Assembly (NCBI GenBank): GCA_030527205.1
Contig: JAUNBG010000010.1
Span: 21,556-85,555, forward strand
Origin: Planctomycetia bacterium
Lineage (GTDB): Bacteria; Planctomycetota; Planctomycetia; Pirellulales; Thermoguttaceae
DNA length: 64,000 bases
Direction: 5' to 3'
Shown here: piece by piece, positions 55,579 to 64,000 of the stretch
Layout of the letters: each line of letters opens with the position of its first letter
Numbering within the stretch: position 1 is the stretch's first letter
Notes under the pieces: generated by a model
Seen by the model: only the letters and a program-made list of their open reading frames with translations
What the model was told of the DNA's origin: nothing
The model's database searches: none
Program-made: the position numbers and the translations under genes

Positions 55579-56892
55579 ATGTCGGCATTTCCGGAAATCT
55601 CAAAAATCAAGTTTGAAGGCCGCGAATCCAAAAACAATCTCGCTTTCCGCTATTATGATGAAAATGAAATGGTCGAAGGCAAACCGATGCGCGATCATTT
55701 TCGTTTCAGTTGCGCTTTTTGGCATACAATGCGGGCGTCGGGCAGCGATCCTTTTGGAGCGGGAACAATGTATCGCCCTTGGGAAGACGGAACCGATTCA
55801 ATCGCAAATGCTCAAAATCGAGTTCGCGTCTTCTTTGAAATTTGTGAAAAATTGAATTTAAAATATTTTAGTTTTCATGATCGCGATATTGCTCCAGAAG
55901 GTTTGACTCTTGCTGAATCGAATAACAATCTTGATGAAGTTGTCAAAGTTTTTAAAGAAGAATCGGATCGAACGGGCATCAAACTTCTTTGGGGAACTTC
56001 CAATCTTTTCGGAAATCCGCGATATATGCATGGAGCCGCAACAAGCTGTAATGCCGATTCTTTTGCTTATGCTGCAGCTCAAGTCAAAAAAATGCTTGAA
56101 GTAACCAAAGAACTCGACGGTCTGGGCTATACTTTTTGGGGCGGACGCGAAGGTTATCAATGTATTTGGAATACAGATATGAAGCGCGAAGCGGATCATC
56201 TTGCGCAATTCATGCATATGGCGATCGATTATGCGAAAGAAATCGGTTTTACGGGTCAATTCTATTTTGAGCCCAAACCCAAAGAACCGACGAAACATCA
56301 ATATGATTATGATTGCGCTGCCTGCATTAATTTCCTTCGAACTTATGATTTGCAAGATTATGTAAAAATGAATATTGAAACAAATCATGCAACTCTTGCG
56401 GGTCATAGCGTCGAGCATGAAATGGATTATGCGGGGAGTCAGGGGTTCTTAGGTTCGGTCGACGCTAATTCCGGCGATATGCTGCTCGGTTGGGATACGG
56501 ACCAATTTCCGACCGACGTTTATATGACGACCAAAATGATGCTTATTCTATTAAAATATGGCGGCTTCAAAACAGGCGGTTTGAACTTTGACGCAAAAGT
56601 CCGTCGAGAAAGTTTTGAACCGATTGATCTTTTTTATGCCCATATCGGCGGAATGGACGCTTTTGCTCTTGGTCTCAAAATTGCCGCTGCAATGCGGGCC
56701 TCCGGAGAAATTGCCGAAATGGTCAAAGATCGTTATTCGAGCTGGGATTCCGGAATTGGCGCTGAAATCGAAGCAGGCAAACATAATTTCAAATCCCTTT
56801 CTGAATATATGCTTCAAAAGGGCGAAATCTCCCCTTGTTCAAGCGGTCATCAGGAACTTTTCGAAAACATTGTCAATCGATATATGTTCTAA
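55579..56892 (+). CDS. xylA: Xylose isomerase
   Basis: [50 protein letters not shown] and the NHATLAGH motifs are collinear with XylA. Confidence 0.95.
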   Translation: MSAFPEISKIKFEGRESKNNLAFRYYDENEMVEGKPMRDHFRFSCAFWHTMRASGSDPFGAGTMYRPWEDGTDSIANAQNRVRVFFEICEKLNLKYFSFHDRDIAPEGLTLAESNNNLDEVVKVFKEESDRTGIKLLWGTSNLFGNPRYMHGAATSCNADSFAYAAAQVKKMLEVTKELDGLGYTFWGGREGYQCIWNTDMKREADHLAQFMHMAIDYAKEIGFTGQFYFEPKPKEPTKHQYDYDCAACINFLRTYDLQDYVKMNIETNHATLAGHSVEHEMDYAGSQGFLGSVDANSGDMLLGWDTDQFPTDVYMTTKMMLILLKYGGFKTGGLNFDAKVRRESFEPIDLFYAHIGGMDAFALGLKIAAAMRASGEIAEMVKDRYSSWDSGIGAEIEAGKHNFKSLSEYMLQKGEISPCSSGHQELFENIVNRYMF

Positions 56893-57205
56893 CAAAACTC
56901 AAATATCTTTGAGAAACTTGTCGTTAATTATTTTGAGTCAATAATAAAATGGCCTGAAAGAACAATTTTGGACTTTCTGGTTTCAATGTTATTATTTTGA
57001 ACTCGTTTTAAACGTTGAATGAAATCTCATTTTAACCCGTTTCCTAAAGCATTGTCATTTGAATCGTTGATTATTTTTCAATTTCTCAGCCTTCCATTTC
57101 GCAGTCCTCAATTTTCATCGCCTTCGAGATCGCTGTTTATAAAAATTTTCAACCGACTTGAATACTCAAAGCAACTTCGGGAAATAGGAGAGGGATTAAT
57201 ATATT

Positions 57206-58177
57206 ATGAATATAAGTTCGAAAAAACATCGTTGTTTAAGCGCTGGAATTCTGTTTGCTGATGTCGGTTGCGCGCCAATCAATCATTGTCCGGTTCCTGG
57301 CGAACTGGTTCAAACGGATCGCGTTGAATTATCTTTGGGCGGTTGCGCCTCAAATGTCGCATTAAATTTAGCAAAATTGGACGTTCCTGTCGGATTATGC
57401 GGTTGCGTCGGCGATGACGCATTGAGCGATTTTGTTATTCATGCCCTCGAACATCCATTAATTGATACAGAAGGAATCCGACGGATTCCAAATTCCGGGC
57501 CGGGATGTTCGCTGATCGTTAATGTTCAAGGTCAAGATCGGCGCTTTGTCAGTACAACCGGCGCTAATGCTGAATTCAAAGTCGCCGACATTTCCAAAAC
57601 TTGGGCTGATGAAGCTGAAGTTTTTTATATCGGCGGTTATTTAATGATGCCGCATTTGGAAGAAGCCGAAACGATTTCGTTTTTGCAAAAGTTTCAGGCT
57701 CACGGAGGCAAAACGATTCTGGATGTCGTTATATACGGAAATCGCCCTTATTGGAACGTTATTCGACCCCTATTGCCTTTTGTTGACTATTTTATGCCCA
57801 ATAATGACGAAGGCCGTTTGATCAGCGGTTTTGAAAACCCGATTGATCAAGCGAAGTTCTTTTTGGACGCGGGCGTCAGGACGGTTATTATAACCTGCGG
57901 AGAAGCTGGTTCGATCTATTATTCCGCAAAACAAAAGTTTCAAACCAACGTTTTTTCCGTTGAATTTATTGGCGGAACCGGGTCGGGCGACGCTTTTGCG
58001 GCTGGCTTTATTTCGGCTCTTTTAGATCAGGCCGATCCGATTGAATTGATGAATCGCGCCAGCGCTCAAGGAATGAGTTGCGTTCGCGACAGCAGCGCAA
58101 CCAAATCCGTTTTTACGCGAAAAGAAGCGGAAGATTTTGTCAAAAAGAATCAATTATTGATTACTGAAATCGGTTGA
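57206..58177 (+). CDS. PfkB-family carbohydrate kinase
   Basis: 323 aa. GGCASNVALNLAKL and the C-terminal GGTGSGDAFAAGF (PfkB signature 2). Confidence 0.85.
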   Translation: MNISSKKHRCLSAGILFADVGCAPINHCPVPGELVQTDRVELSLGGCASNVALNLAKLDVPVGLCGCVGDDALSDFVIHALEHPLIDTEGIRRIPNSGPGCSLIVNVQGQDRRFVSTTGANAEFKVADISKTWADEAEVFYIGGYLMMPHLEEAETISFLQKFQAHGGKTILDVVIYGNRPYWNVIRPLLPFVDYFMPNNDEGRLISGFENPIDQAKFFLDAGVRTVIITCGEAGSIYYSAKQKFQTNVFSVEFIGGTGSGDAFAAGFISALLDQADPIELMNRASAQGMSCVRDSSATKSVFTRKEAEDFVKKNQLLITEIG

Positions 58178-58214
58178 CGTTTATCATTCAATTGACTCGT
58201 TTTTATATTATATT

Positions 58215-58479
58215 AGAGAAAGTTCCCCAACCCCCTTCGGAGCGAGGTCGTCTCGTCTGCAGGAACAGGCGTTCTGTTAATGTTATAAATAGACGTTTGT
58301 TGTTTTTTTTTCAAAGAGCCTGGACGTCCTTTGGATCAGATGCGGACGAAACGTCCGCGCTCCATTCCTGTTTGTTCTGCGGCGGGGGCAACTGATAAAT
58401 AGGAATTCAACAGAGCTCTGGTTTTAACGACCTTATCCGAAATGCGTCTGTTGAAAAATCTGGATTTTTGGAACTTCCT
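58215..58479 (-). repeat. Composite or nested cluster of MITE-like element copies (copy 9a, a hairpin fragment, and deleted copy 9c)
   Basis: 58215-58321 is a degenerate full reverse copy. 58341-58365 is an isolated forward GCGGACGAAACGTCCGCGCTCC hairpin. 58401-58479 is a reverse copy lacking the hairpin module (AGGAATTCAA...GGTTTTAACGACCTTATCCGAAATGCG...TTTTTGGAACTTCCT). Confidence 0.75.
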
Positions 58480-58551
58480 TACATAATATTTATAATATTT
58501 GATCGACCGGTTTATTTCGAAAGACTTCATTGATCGTTTGAAAACCGGTTT

Positions 58552-59016
58552 TCATTTATGTTGTTCATTTGCTATCTCCGATTTTCGCGATACAGAATAG
58601 AACATTATCCGTCGGAAAAAGGGATTTTCGCGCAGCGAACAAGATAAAACTCCCCAAACGAGCGACAAAAACGACTCTTTTTCAAATGGAACTGCCGTTT
58701 TAAAAGCGATTTTAATAACGACGAACTCGGAAGTTTTAAAAAAGAAAGCGTCTTTGCGTTTTCGCCGCGACGCTGCGCGAACATTTCCAATATCATTACA
58801 AAAATCGGGCAAAAAGCAGTCATTTATACTGAAATCAATCTGAAAAAGGGTCATTGAGGCGTCCGATTTCATTTTTCGTATTCTGCCGTTGTTGACCGGT
58901 TTTGCCCGCGATGACTCAAGATTTTCAACAGACTTCAACATAATCGCAAAACAGATATTATGATCAATTACCAACAACTCTTTTGAAGGTTGAGCCAAAG
59001 AATAAAAAAACGACAA
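58552..59016 (-). CDS. Hypothetical ORF; weak coding evidence
   Basis: ORF only (TTG start; internal ATG at 58941). No family was recognised. Confidence 0.2.
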   Translation of the reverse strand: MSFFYSLAQPSKELLVIDHNICFAIMLKSVENLESSRAKPVNNGRIRKMKSDASMTLFQIDFSINDCFLPDFCNDIGNVRAASRRKRKDAFFFKTSEFVVIKIAFKTAVPFEKESFLSLVWGVLSCSLRENPFFRRIMFYSVSRKSEIANEQHK

Positions 59017-59050
59017 TCACAAAATCAAACACATTTCAAAAATTTTTTGA

Positions 59051-59365
59051 TCAGTTGAGATTAGGGGCGGCGCTATTAATAACAACCGGTTTTGAACCGA
59101 GAACCTGAGTTGTTCGAGAACGAGGCAGATCATAACCTGCTCCGCGAGCTTGAAGACTTCGCGGTCCAACAGTTGGATCAAGATAGGCATCGCAACCTTC
59201 TGTATAGACGCTTTGGGCTTCCTCATTGAGATAATTCGGCGTTTGTAAACTGGGATACCAAAACCTTTTGTTTTCCGGATTGTTATTCATTGTTTCGCAA
59301 CCAGACAGCCAGGCGAAAGAAAATAACAGGAGAAACATAATAAATATCGATTGATAATAATTCAT
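59051..59365 (-). CDS. Small lipoprotein, hypothetical
   Basis: 104 aa with an ATG start, a signal peptide and a lipobox (FAWLSGC). Confidence 0.5.
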   Translation of the reverse strand: MNYYQSIFIMFLLLFSFAWLSGCETMNNNPENKRFWYPSLQTPNYLNEEAQSVYTEGCDAYLDPTVGPRSLQARGAGYDLPRSRTTQVLGSKPVVINSAAPNLN

Positions 59366-59400
59366 TGTTTTTTATTAAAGTTCAACTTTCAATTCTTATC

Positions 59401-59511
59401 AGGAAGTTCTAAAAATCCTTCGGAGCGCGGACGTCTCGTCCGCCAAAACAGGTTTTAACGACATTTACCGAATTGGAGTTTGATGCAAAATCCAGTTTTT
59501 TAGAACTTCCT
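59401..59511 (-). repeat. MITE-like palindromic intergenic element, copy 10 (reverse)
   Basis: AGGAAGTTCTAAAAATCC TTCGGAGCGCGGACGTCTCGTCCGC ... GGTTTTAACGACATTTACCGAA ... AGTTTTTTAGAACTTCCT. Confidence 0.9.
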
Positions 59512-59695
59512 TTTATATAATCGTTATTCGCAAAACTTTTGGCCTCAAAGTCCCGTCTGTCATTGTCGAATCAAAAATCTGTGTTTTTCAATTGACTTAA
59601 GAATAACTTGTCATTTCCATTCTATTTTGAAACAATAACGTTTATTGACAAAAATGTCAATAGAAATGTTTTGATTATTTTCGAATGAAAAAACG

Positions 59696-60487
59696 ATGAA
59701 TGAACATAATATTTTAATAACTGGAGCGTCAGGCGGAATTGGAAGGGCAATTGTTCAGCAATTGGCTCAACCGAATCATCGGTTATTTCTTCAAGCAAAT
59801 CGTCATTTTGAAGAATTGCAACGTTTTTCAGAAAAATTGCGCGATCAGGGAACGATAATTGATCCGATTGCCGCAAACCTGGAATCGTATGCGGATCAGG
59901 ATTATTTGATTCGGTTCGTTAAGGAAAAGCTAACGACTTCTCATCAATTGACCGGAATTGTTTTAGCGGCGGGCGTTGATCTTATGTCGCAAGCAATCAA
60001 ACCGCTTTCTTTCGAATCCAAACTCGAAAAAATATGGAAAACCGACGTTTTGGCAACAGTTCGATTAGCAAGAGAATTGGGTTTTTGGATTAAAGAGTCA
60101 AAGTCCCTTTTTCAAGAAAGACAAACGCGACCAACATTCCTTTTTTTCGGTTGGGACGGCGTTGAACGCGGAATGGAAGGCGAAACCGCTCAACTTTATT
60201 CTTTAGCTAAAGGAGCCATTGTCGCTTTTGCAAAATCATTTGCTCAAGAAATGGCTCAAGCGGCTCGCGTTTTAACTATTTCGCCCGGTTGGATTCAAAC
60301 AACTTGGGGACAAAAAGCGTCTCCCGCCGCAAATCAGCGAGCTCTTTCTGAATCTTTGGCCAAACGTTGGGGATCGCCCGAAGAAATCGCTTCGATCGTT
60401 CGTTTTCTTCTTTCCGACGATTCTTCTTTTCTCAACTCCCAAAATATTATTGTCAACGGCGGGTTTAATTATCGAGCTGAGAACTGA
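59696..60487 (+). CDS. SDR-family oxidoreductase
   Basis: 263 aa. ITGASGGIGRAIVQQL and the YSLAKGA catalytic motif. Confidence 0.85.
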   Translation: MNEHNILITGASGGIGRAIVQQLAQPNHRLFLQANRHFEELQRFSEKLRDQGTIIDPIAANLESYADQDYLIRFVKEKLTTSHQLTGIVLAAGVDLMSQAIKPLSFESKLEKIWKTDVLATVRLARELGFWIKESKSLFQERQTRPTFLFFGWDGVERGMEGETAQLYSLAKGAIVAFAKSFAQEMAQAARVLTISPGWIQTTWGQKASPAANQRALSESLAKRWGSPEEIASIVRFLLSDDSSFLNSQNIIVNGGFNYRAEN

Positions 60488-60597
60488 AGAACTCTTCTCA
60501 TTCGCAGTTTGAACTCCAAAAATTCGATCAAATGCATTATTTTTGACAAGATGAAACAATCCGGTTTGACGCAAAAAAGAAAATCGCTTACAATATA

Positions 60598-60707
60598 AGG
60601 AAGTTCTAAGAACACAGATTTTTCAACAAACGCATTTCAAATAAAGTCGTTAAAACCTGGTCTTCGGACGAGATATCCGCGATCCTAAGTTTTTTTTAGA
60701 ACTTCCT
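60598..60707 (+). repeat. MITE-like palindromic intergenic element, copy 11 (forward)
   Basis: AGGAAGTTCTAAGAAC ... CAACAAACGCATTTCAAATAAAGTCGTTAAAAC ... TCGGACGAGATATCCGCGATCC ... TTTTTTTAGAACTTCCT. Confidence 0.9.
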
Positions 60708-60937
60708 TATATTTTGATATGAAACACAGGAACCGGCTCAATAACAGTCCTCGCCCTTTTGTTATTCGCTCATCGTTTCCGGGGTTGTAATCAACGATCG
60801 AAGAGTTTTATGGACTTGCCAGGATAAAATCGTTCGTTAATAAAAACGTTGTCAATATCGATCCTTTCCTGTTAAAAAAGAACCCGACTTTCAATTGGAA
60901 TTAATACAACATTTATCAAAAAAACAATAATTAATCG

Positions 60938-62557
60938 ATGGAAATAATAGAACATTTTGGAATCCTTAGTCTTTTGCCTCCGGCATTAACCATTATTTTA
61001 GCTCTCATTTTCAAAGACGTTATTCTCGCTTTGGTTGTTGGAATTCTGTCAGGAACAATTCTCGCAACAAAGGGAAATATCCTTTCCGCTATTGGTATTT
61101 TTGCCGATTCAATGGCTGACGTTTTGGCCGATGAATGGAATATTCGTATTTTTCTCTTCTGCGCTCTTTTGGGAGGACTCGTTGCCTTGTTGACCAAAAC
61201 GGGAGCCGCTCAATCTTTTGGCAACTGGGCGGCCGGAAAGTTAAAAAGTCGACGCGGCGCTCTCCTTTTTACATTTTTCTTCGGCGTCATTATTTTTATC
61301 GACGATTATTTTAATTCGCTTTCGGTTGGAACAGCAATGCGACCAGTTTGTGACCGTCTCAAAATATCCCGCGCCAAACTGGCTTATATTCTCGATTCAA
61401 CGGCTGCTCCTATCTGCATTATTGCCCCGATTTCGAGCTGGGTTGTTACTGTTATGAGTTGTACGCGAAAATCGCAGGGATTTTCCGAACTCGGTATCTC
61501 GGAATTCGACTTCTTTTTGCGAATGATTCCTTATAACTTTTATGTCTTTTTAACATTATTAATGATTCTTGTTGTCATTTTCTTCAATTGCGATTTTGGT
61601 CCGATGCGCCGTTCCGAGCTTCGAGCGAAAAAAGGAGAGGGATTATATGACGTCCAAACTTACGGAAAAGCAATCGATTCTGAAGAAGCCGATTCCATTA
61701 ATCATGCTCATCCGTTCGATATGATCATTCCGCTTCTGATTTTGATTCTCTCCGCCATCATTTCTTTTCCGGTTGTTACTTGGAAATTGGCAGTCGGCAA
61801 AAATGGTCTGACAACATTTGAAGAAGCATTTCATTCGATTGGTTTAAATGACGCGTTTTGCAATACAGACGCGTCTTGCGCCTTAATGTATTCCATTGTT
61901 ATAACAATTCTTTTAACGACCGTTTATTTTCTTGGCCGTCGATTAATGAATATTCGCGACATCTCGGAATCGATTACTGCTGGAATTCGTTCGATGGTTC
62001 CGGCCTTAATCATTCTTGCGTTAGCATGGACCATCGGAACAATCATCAAATCTTCGCCAGACGAAGGCGGCGTCGGACTTGCTTCTTATTTGGCGGAGAT
62101 TGTCAAGAACTATAGTTTTCCCTATACATTAATTCCGGTATCTGCTTTTTTACTTTCCTGTTTGATCGCTTTTTCGACAGGAACCAGTTGGGGAACAATG
62201 GCAATTATGATTCCGATTGTTTTGCCGATCATTATTGCCGCAGCTGAGGCTCAACATTTAACAGGAAATTCCCTGTTGAATGCGGTCTGCTTTACAATGA
62301 GCGCAACAATCGGCGGCGCTATTTTCGGCGACCATTCTTCTCCGATTTCCGATACAACTATTCTGTCCGCAACAGGAGCGAATTGCCCTTGTCTGGAGCA
62401 TGTCGCAACGCAAGCGCCTTACGCTTTGACAACCGCGATAAGCGCTGCCGTTGGCTATTCAGTCGGTTGCCTGGGCGGCATGAGTTTGATTATCGGAGCA
62501 ACAACTGCCCTTCTCTGTTTTTTCTTTCTGCTGTTTCTATTTTCCCGGATTTTATAA
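60938..62557 (+). CDS. NhaC-family Na+/H+ antiporter-like membrane transporter
   Basis: 539 aa and polytopic. The N-terminus GILSLLPPALTIILALIFKDVILAL and overall organisation are typical of the NhaC family. Confidence 0.8.
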   Translation: MEIIEHFGILSLLPPALTIILALIFKDVILALVVGILSGTILATKGNILSAIGIFADSMADVLADEWNIRIFLFCALLGGLVALLTKTGAAQSFGNWAAGKLKSRRGALLFTFFFGVIIFIDDYFNSLSVGTAMRPVCDRLKISRAKLAYILDSTAAPICIIAPISSWVVTVMSCTRKSQGFSELGISEFDFFLRMIPYNFYVFLTLLMILVVIFFNCDFGPMRRSELRAKKGEGLYDVQTYGKAIDSEEADSINHAHPFDMIIPLLILILSAIISFPVVTWKLAVGKNGLTTFEEAFHSIGLNDAFCNTDASCALMYSIVITILLTTVYFLGRRLMNIRDISESITAGIRSMVPALIILALAWTIGTIIKSSPDEGGVGLASYLAEIVKNYSFPYTLIPVSAFLLSCLIAFSTGTSWGTMAIMIPIVLPIIIAAAEAQHLTGNSLLNAVCFTMSATIGGAIFGDHSSPISDTTILSATGANCPCLEHVATQAPYALTTAISAAVGYSVGCLGGMSLIIGATTALLCFFFLLFLFSRIL

Positions 62558-62786
62558 TGAACTGTTGAAAGTTTTGCCCTTGGGATTATATTGAATAGGT
62601 TAAAGTTCCATAATAAAGAATCCTCAATCCTTGTTTGAGTTATTATATCGAAGTCAATAATAAATGATTCCGAAAAACCTGTTCGACCTCGGTTCAAATT
62701 GGTTTCGTTTCTTTATCAAATAAAACAAGCCAAAGAACTGTTCTGTTCCGAGGCTTCCAATCAATAATCAATGGAAACAACTTCGC

Positions 62787-64000
62787 ATGAAAGAATATTT
62801 TGACATTTCTGGAATGACCTGTTCCGCTTGCGCTTCTCATATTGAACGAGCTGTTGCGGCCTTGGACGGAATTGCAAACGTTTCGGTCAGCCTGACAACG
62901 CATTCGATGAAAGTCGATTATGATGCCGAACTTTTAAGCTCAGATCAGATTATTCAAGCGGTTAATGCGCTGGGTTATCAAGCCAATCAAAGAAAAAAGA
63001 ACAAAGAATCGAAAACAAAAAAGTCCTTAAATAATCAACAGGAATTGAAATCAATGAAGAAACGTTTGCTGGTTTCGATTCTGTTTCTTCTCCCGCTTTC
63101 CTATATTTCGATGGGTCAAATGTCAGGATTCCCCTTACCGGCTATTTTGTCGGGACGCGAAAATATTTTGATCAACGCTTTGACGCAATTTTTATTATTG
63201 TTGCCAATTCTTTATGTCAACGATCAATATTTTCTGCGCGGTTTTCTTCGTCTGTATCAATTTTCTCCCAATATGGATTCTCTTATCGCGGTTGGATCGT
63301 CGGCTGCCGTTGTTTATAGTTTGATAACGTTTATGGAAATCGGATATGCTTTTGGCCATAACGCCCAAAATTCTGCTGAATTTCAAATGTCTCATCTTTA
63401 TTTTGAGACGGCGGGAATGATTCTAACTCTTATAACATTGGGGAAATTTTTGGAAACGCGTTCCCAATCCCGAACCTCTCAAGCGATTGAAAAACTGATT
63501 GAACTGACGCCCAAAACGGCTTGCGTTGAAAAAGAGGGGAAAGAAATTGAAATTCCTGTCGATCTGGTTCAAAAGGGCGATATTATTGTTGTTCGACCGG
63601 GACAGACTATTCCTGTTGACGGCATTGTTTTAACCGGATCAACTTTCATTGACGAATCAACCTTAACCGGCGAACCGATTCCTGTCGAAAAAAAGAGCGG
63701 GGATTCTGTTATTGCTGCAACAATCAACCAAAACGGATTCATTCGTTTTCAAGCTTTAAAGGTTGGCGAAAATACAACAATTGCGCAAATTATCCAAATT
63801 GTCGAAGATGCGGCTTCCTCAAAAGCGCCGATTGCTCAATTAGCGGATTCAGCTGCCGCTTATTTTACGCCAATTGTTATGACAGTTGCGTTAATAACCG
63901 TTTTGACTTGGTTCGCTTTGACCGGTTCTGTTTCGTCTGCAATGACGTCAGGAATTGCCGTTCTTGTGATTTCGTGCCCTTGCGCATTAGGATTGGCAAC
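62787..64000 (+). CDS. Heavy-metal (copper-type) translocating P1B-type ATPase; the 3' end lies outside the window
   Basis: Absent from the ORF track because there is no in-window stop. The ATG at 62787 opens with the HMA domain [15 protein letters not shown]. The frame stays open to 64000, where the CPCALGLA transmembrane metal site is read. Confidence 0.9.
   Translation, partial: MKEYFDISGMTCSACASHIERAVAALDGIANVSVSLTTHSMKVDYDAELLSSDQIIQAVNALGYQANQRKKNKESKTKKSLNNQQELKSMKKRLLVSILFLLPLSYISMGQMSGFPLPAILSGRENILINALTQFLLLLPILYVNDQYFLRGFLRLYQFSPNMDSLIAVGSSAAVVYSLITFMEIGYAFGHNAQNSAEFQMSHLYFETAGMILTLITLGKFLETRSQSRTSQAIEKLIELTPKTACVEKEGKEIEIPVDLVQKGDIIVVRPGQTIPVDGIVLTGSTFIDESTLTGEPIPVEKKSGDSVIAATINQNGFIRFQALKVGENTTIAQIIQIVEDAASSKAPIAQLADSAAAYFTPIVMTVALITVLTWFALTGSVSSAMTSGIAVLVISCPCALGLA

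Noticed and set aside
12995-60707. Whether the recurring ~108-bp repeats form a CRISPR array or integron attC sites
   Set aside because: The repeats are 3-10 kb apart and occur in both orientations. They are separated by multi-gene blocks of housekeeping genes on both strands (rpoD, ftsK, lnt, cmk). There are no regularly sized spacers, cas genes or intI, and no cassette-like single-gene spacing. The ends do not fit the GTTRRRY / RYYYAAC attC consensus.
62771-62803. A short 10-codon ORF ([10 protein letters not shown]) just before the P-type ATPase, considered as a leader peptide
   Set aside because: It overlaps the ATPase start out of frame and is too short to evaluate. There are no known leader-peptide features. 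It was noted only because it explains why the ATPase start is at 62787 and not 62771.

Overview
This is a 64-kb chromosomal window of roughly 40% GC (by eye) with a Planctomycetota/PVC-type gene content. The markers are a DUF1559 pseudopilin-like protein with an H-X9-DG motif, Tat-signal Gfo/Idh/MocA oxidoreductases, HEAT-repeat and DUF1080 proteins, and many secreted glycoside hydrolases. About 42 CDSs are supported. Housekeeping genes: fabZ, coaB, fumC, mraZ, comM, lnt, rpoD, cmk, ftsK, xylA, lemA plus an M48 protease, and a partial copper P-type ATPase. Glycan-utilisation genes: a RhaT-family transporter, GH36+NPCBM, a GH127-like enzyme, GH16, a clan GH-A hydrolase, a PfkB kinase and an aldose-epimerase-like protein. 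I recognised no rRNA, tRNA, CRISPR array, transposase or integrase.

Signals the gene list does not explain:
1. A ~108-bp MITE/Correia-like palindromic element sits at 11 intergenic loci, in both orientations, one of them a nested composite. It has 16-nt terminal inverted repeats and a conserved GC hairpin.
2. A translationally coupled three-gene cassette (HPr-kinase-like P-loop protein, PqqD-like peptide-binding protein, S24/S26 peptidase) looks like an orphan peptide-modification (RiPP-like) module. No cyclase, transporter or annotated precursor accompanies it.
3. A 91-bp near-perfect inverted duplication of the ftsK 3' end brackets the lemA-M48 segment. ftsK itself carries a 246-aa N/Q/D-rich tail after its gamma domain.
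4. There are two paralogous operons of a Tat Gfo/Idh/MocA oxidoreductase plus a HEAT-repeat protein. One HEAT protein is fused to DUF1080.
5. Several unrelated 20-22-bp tandem direct repeats lie in promoter or terminator regions.

All family assignments come from motif recognition by eye. No database search was run.
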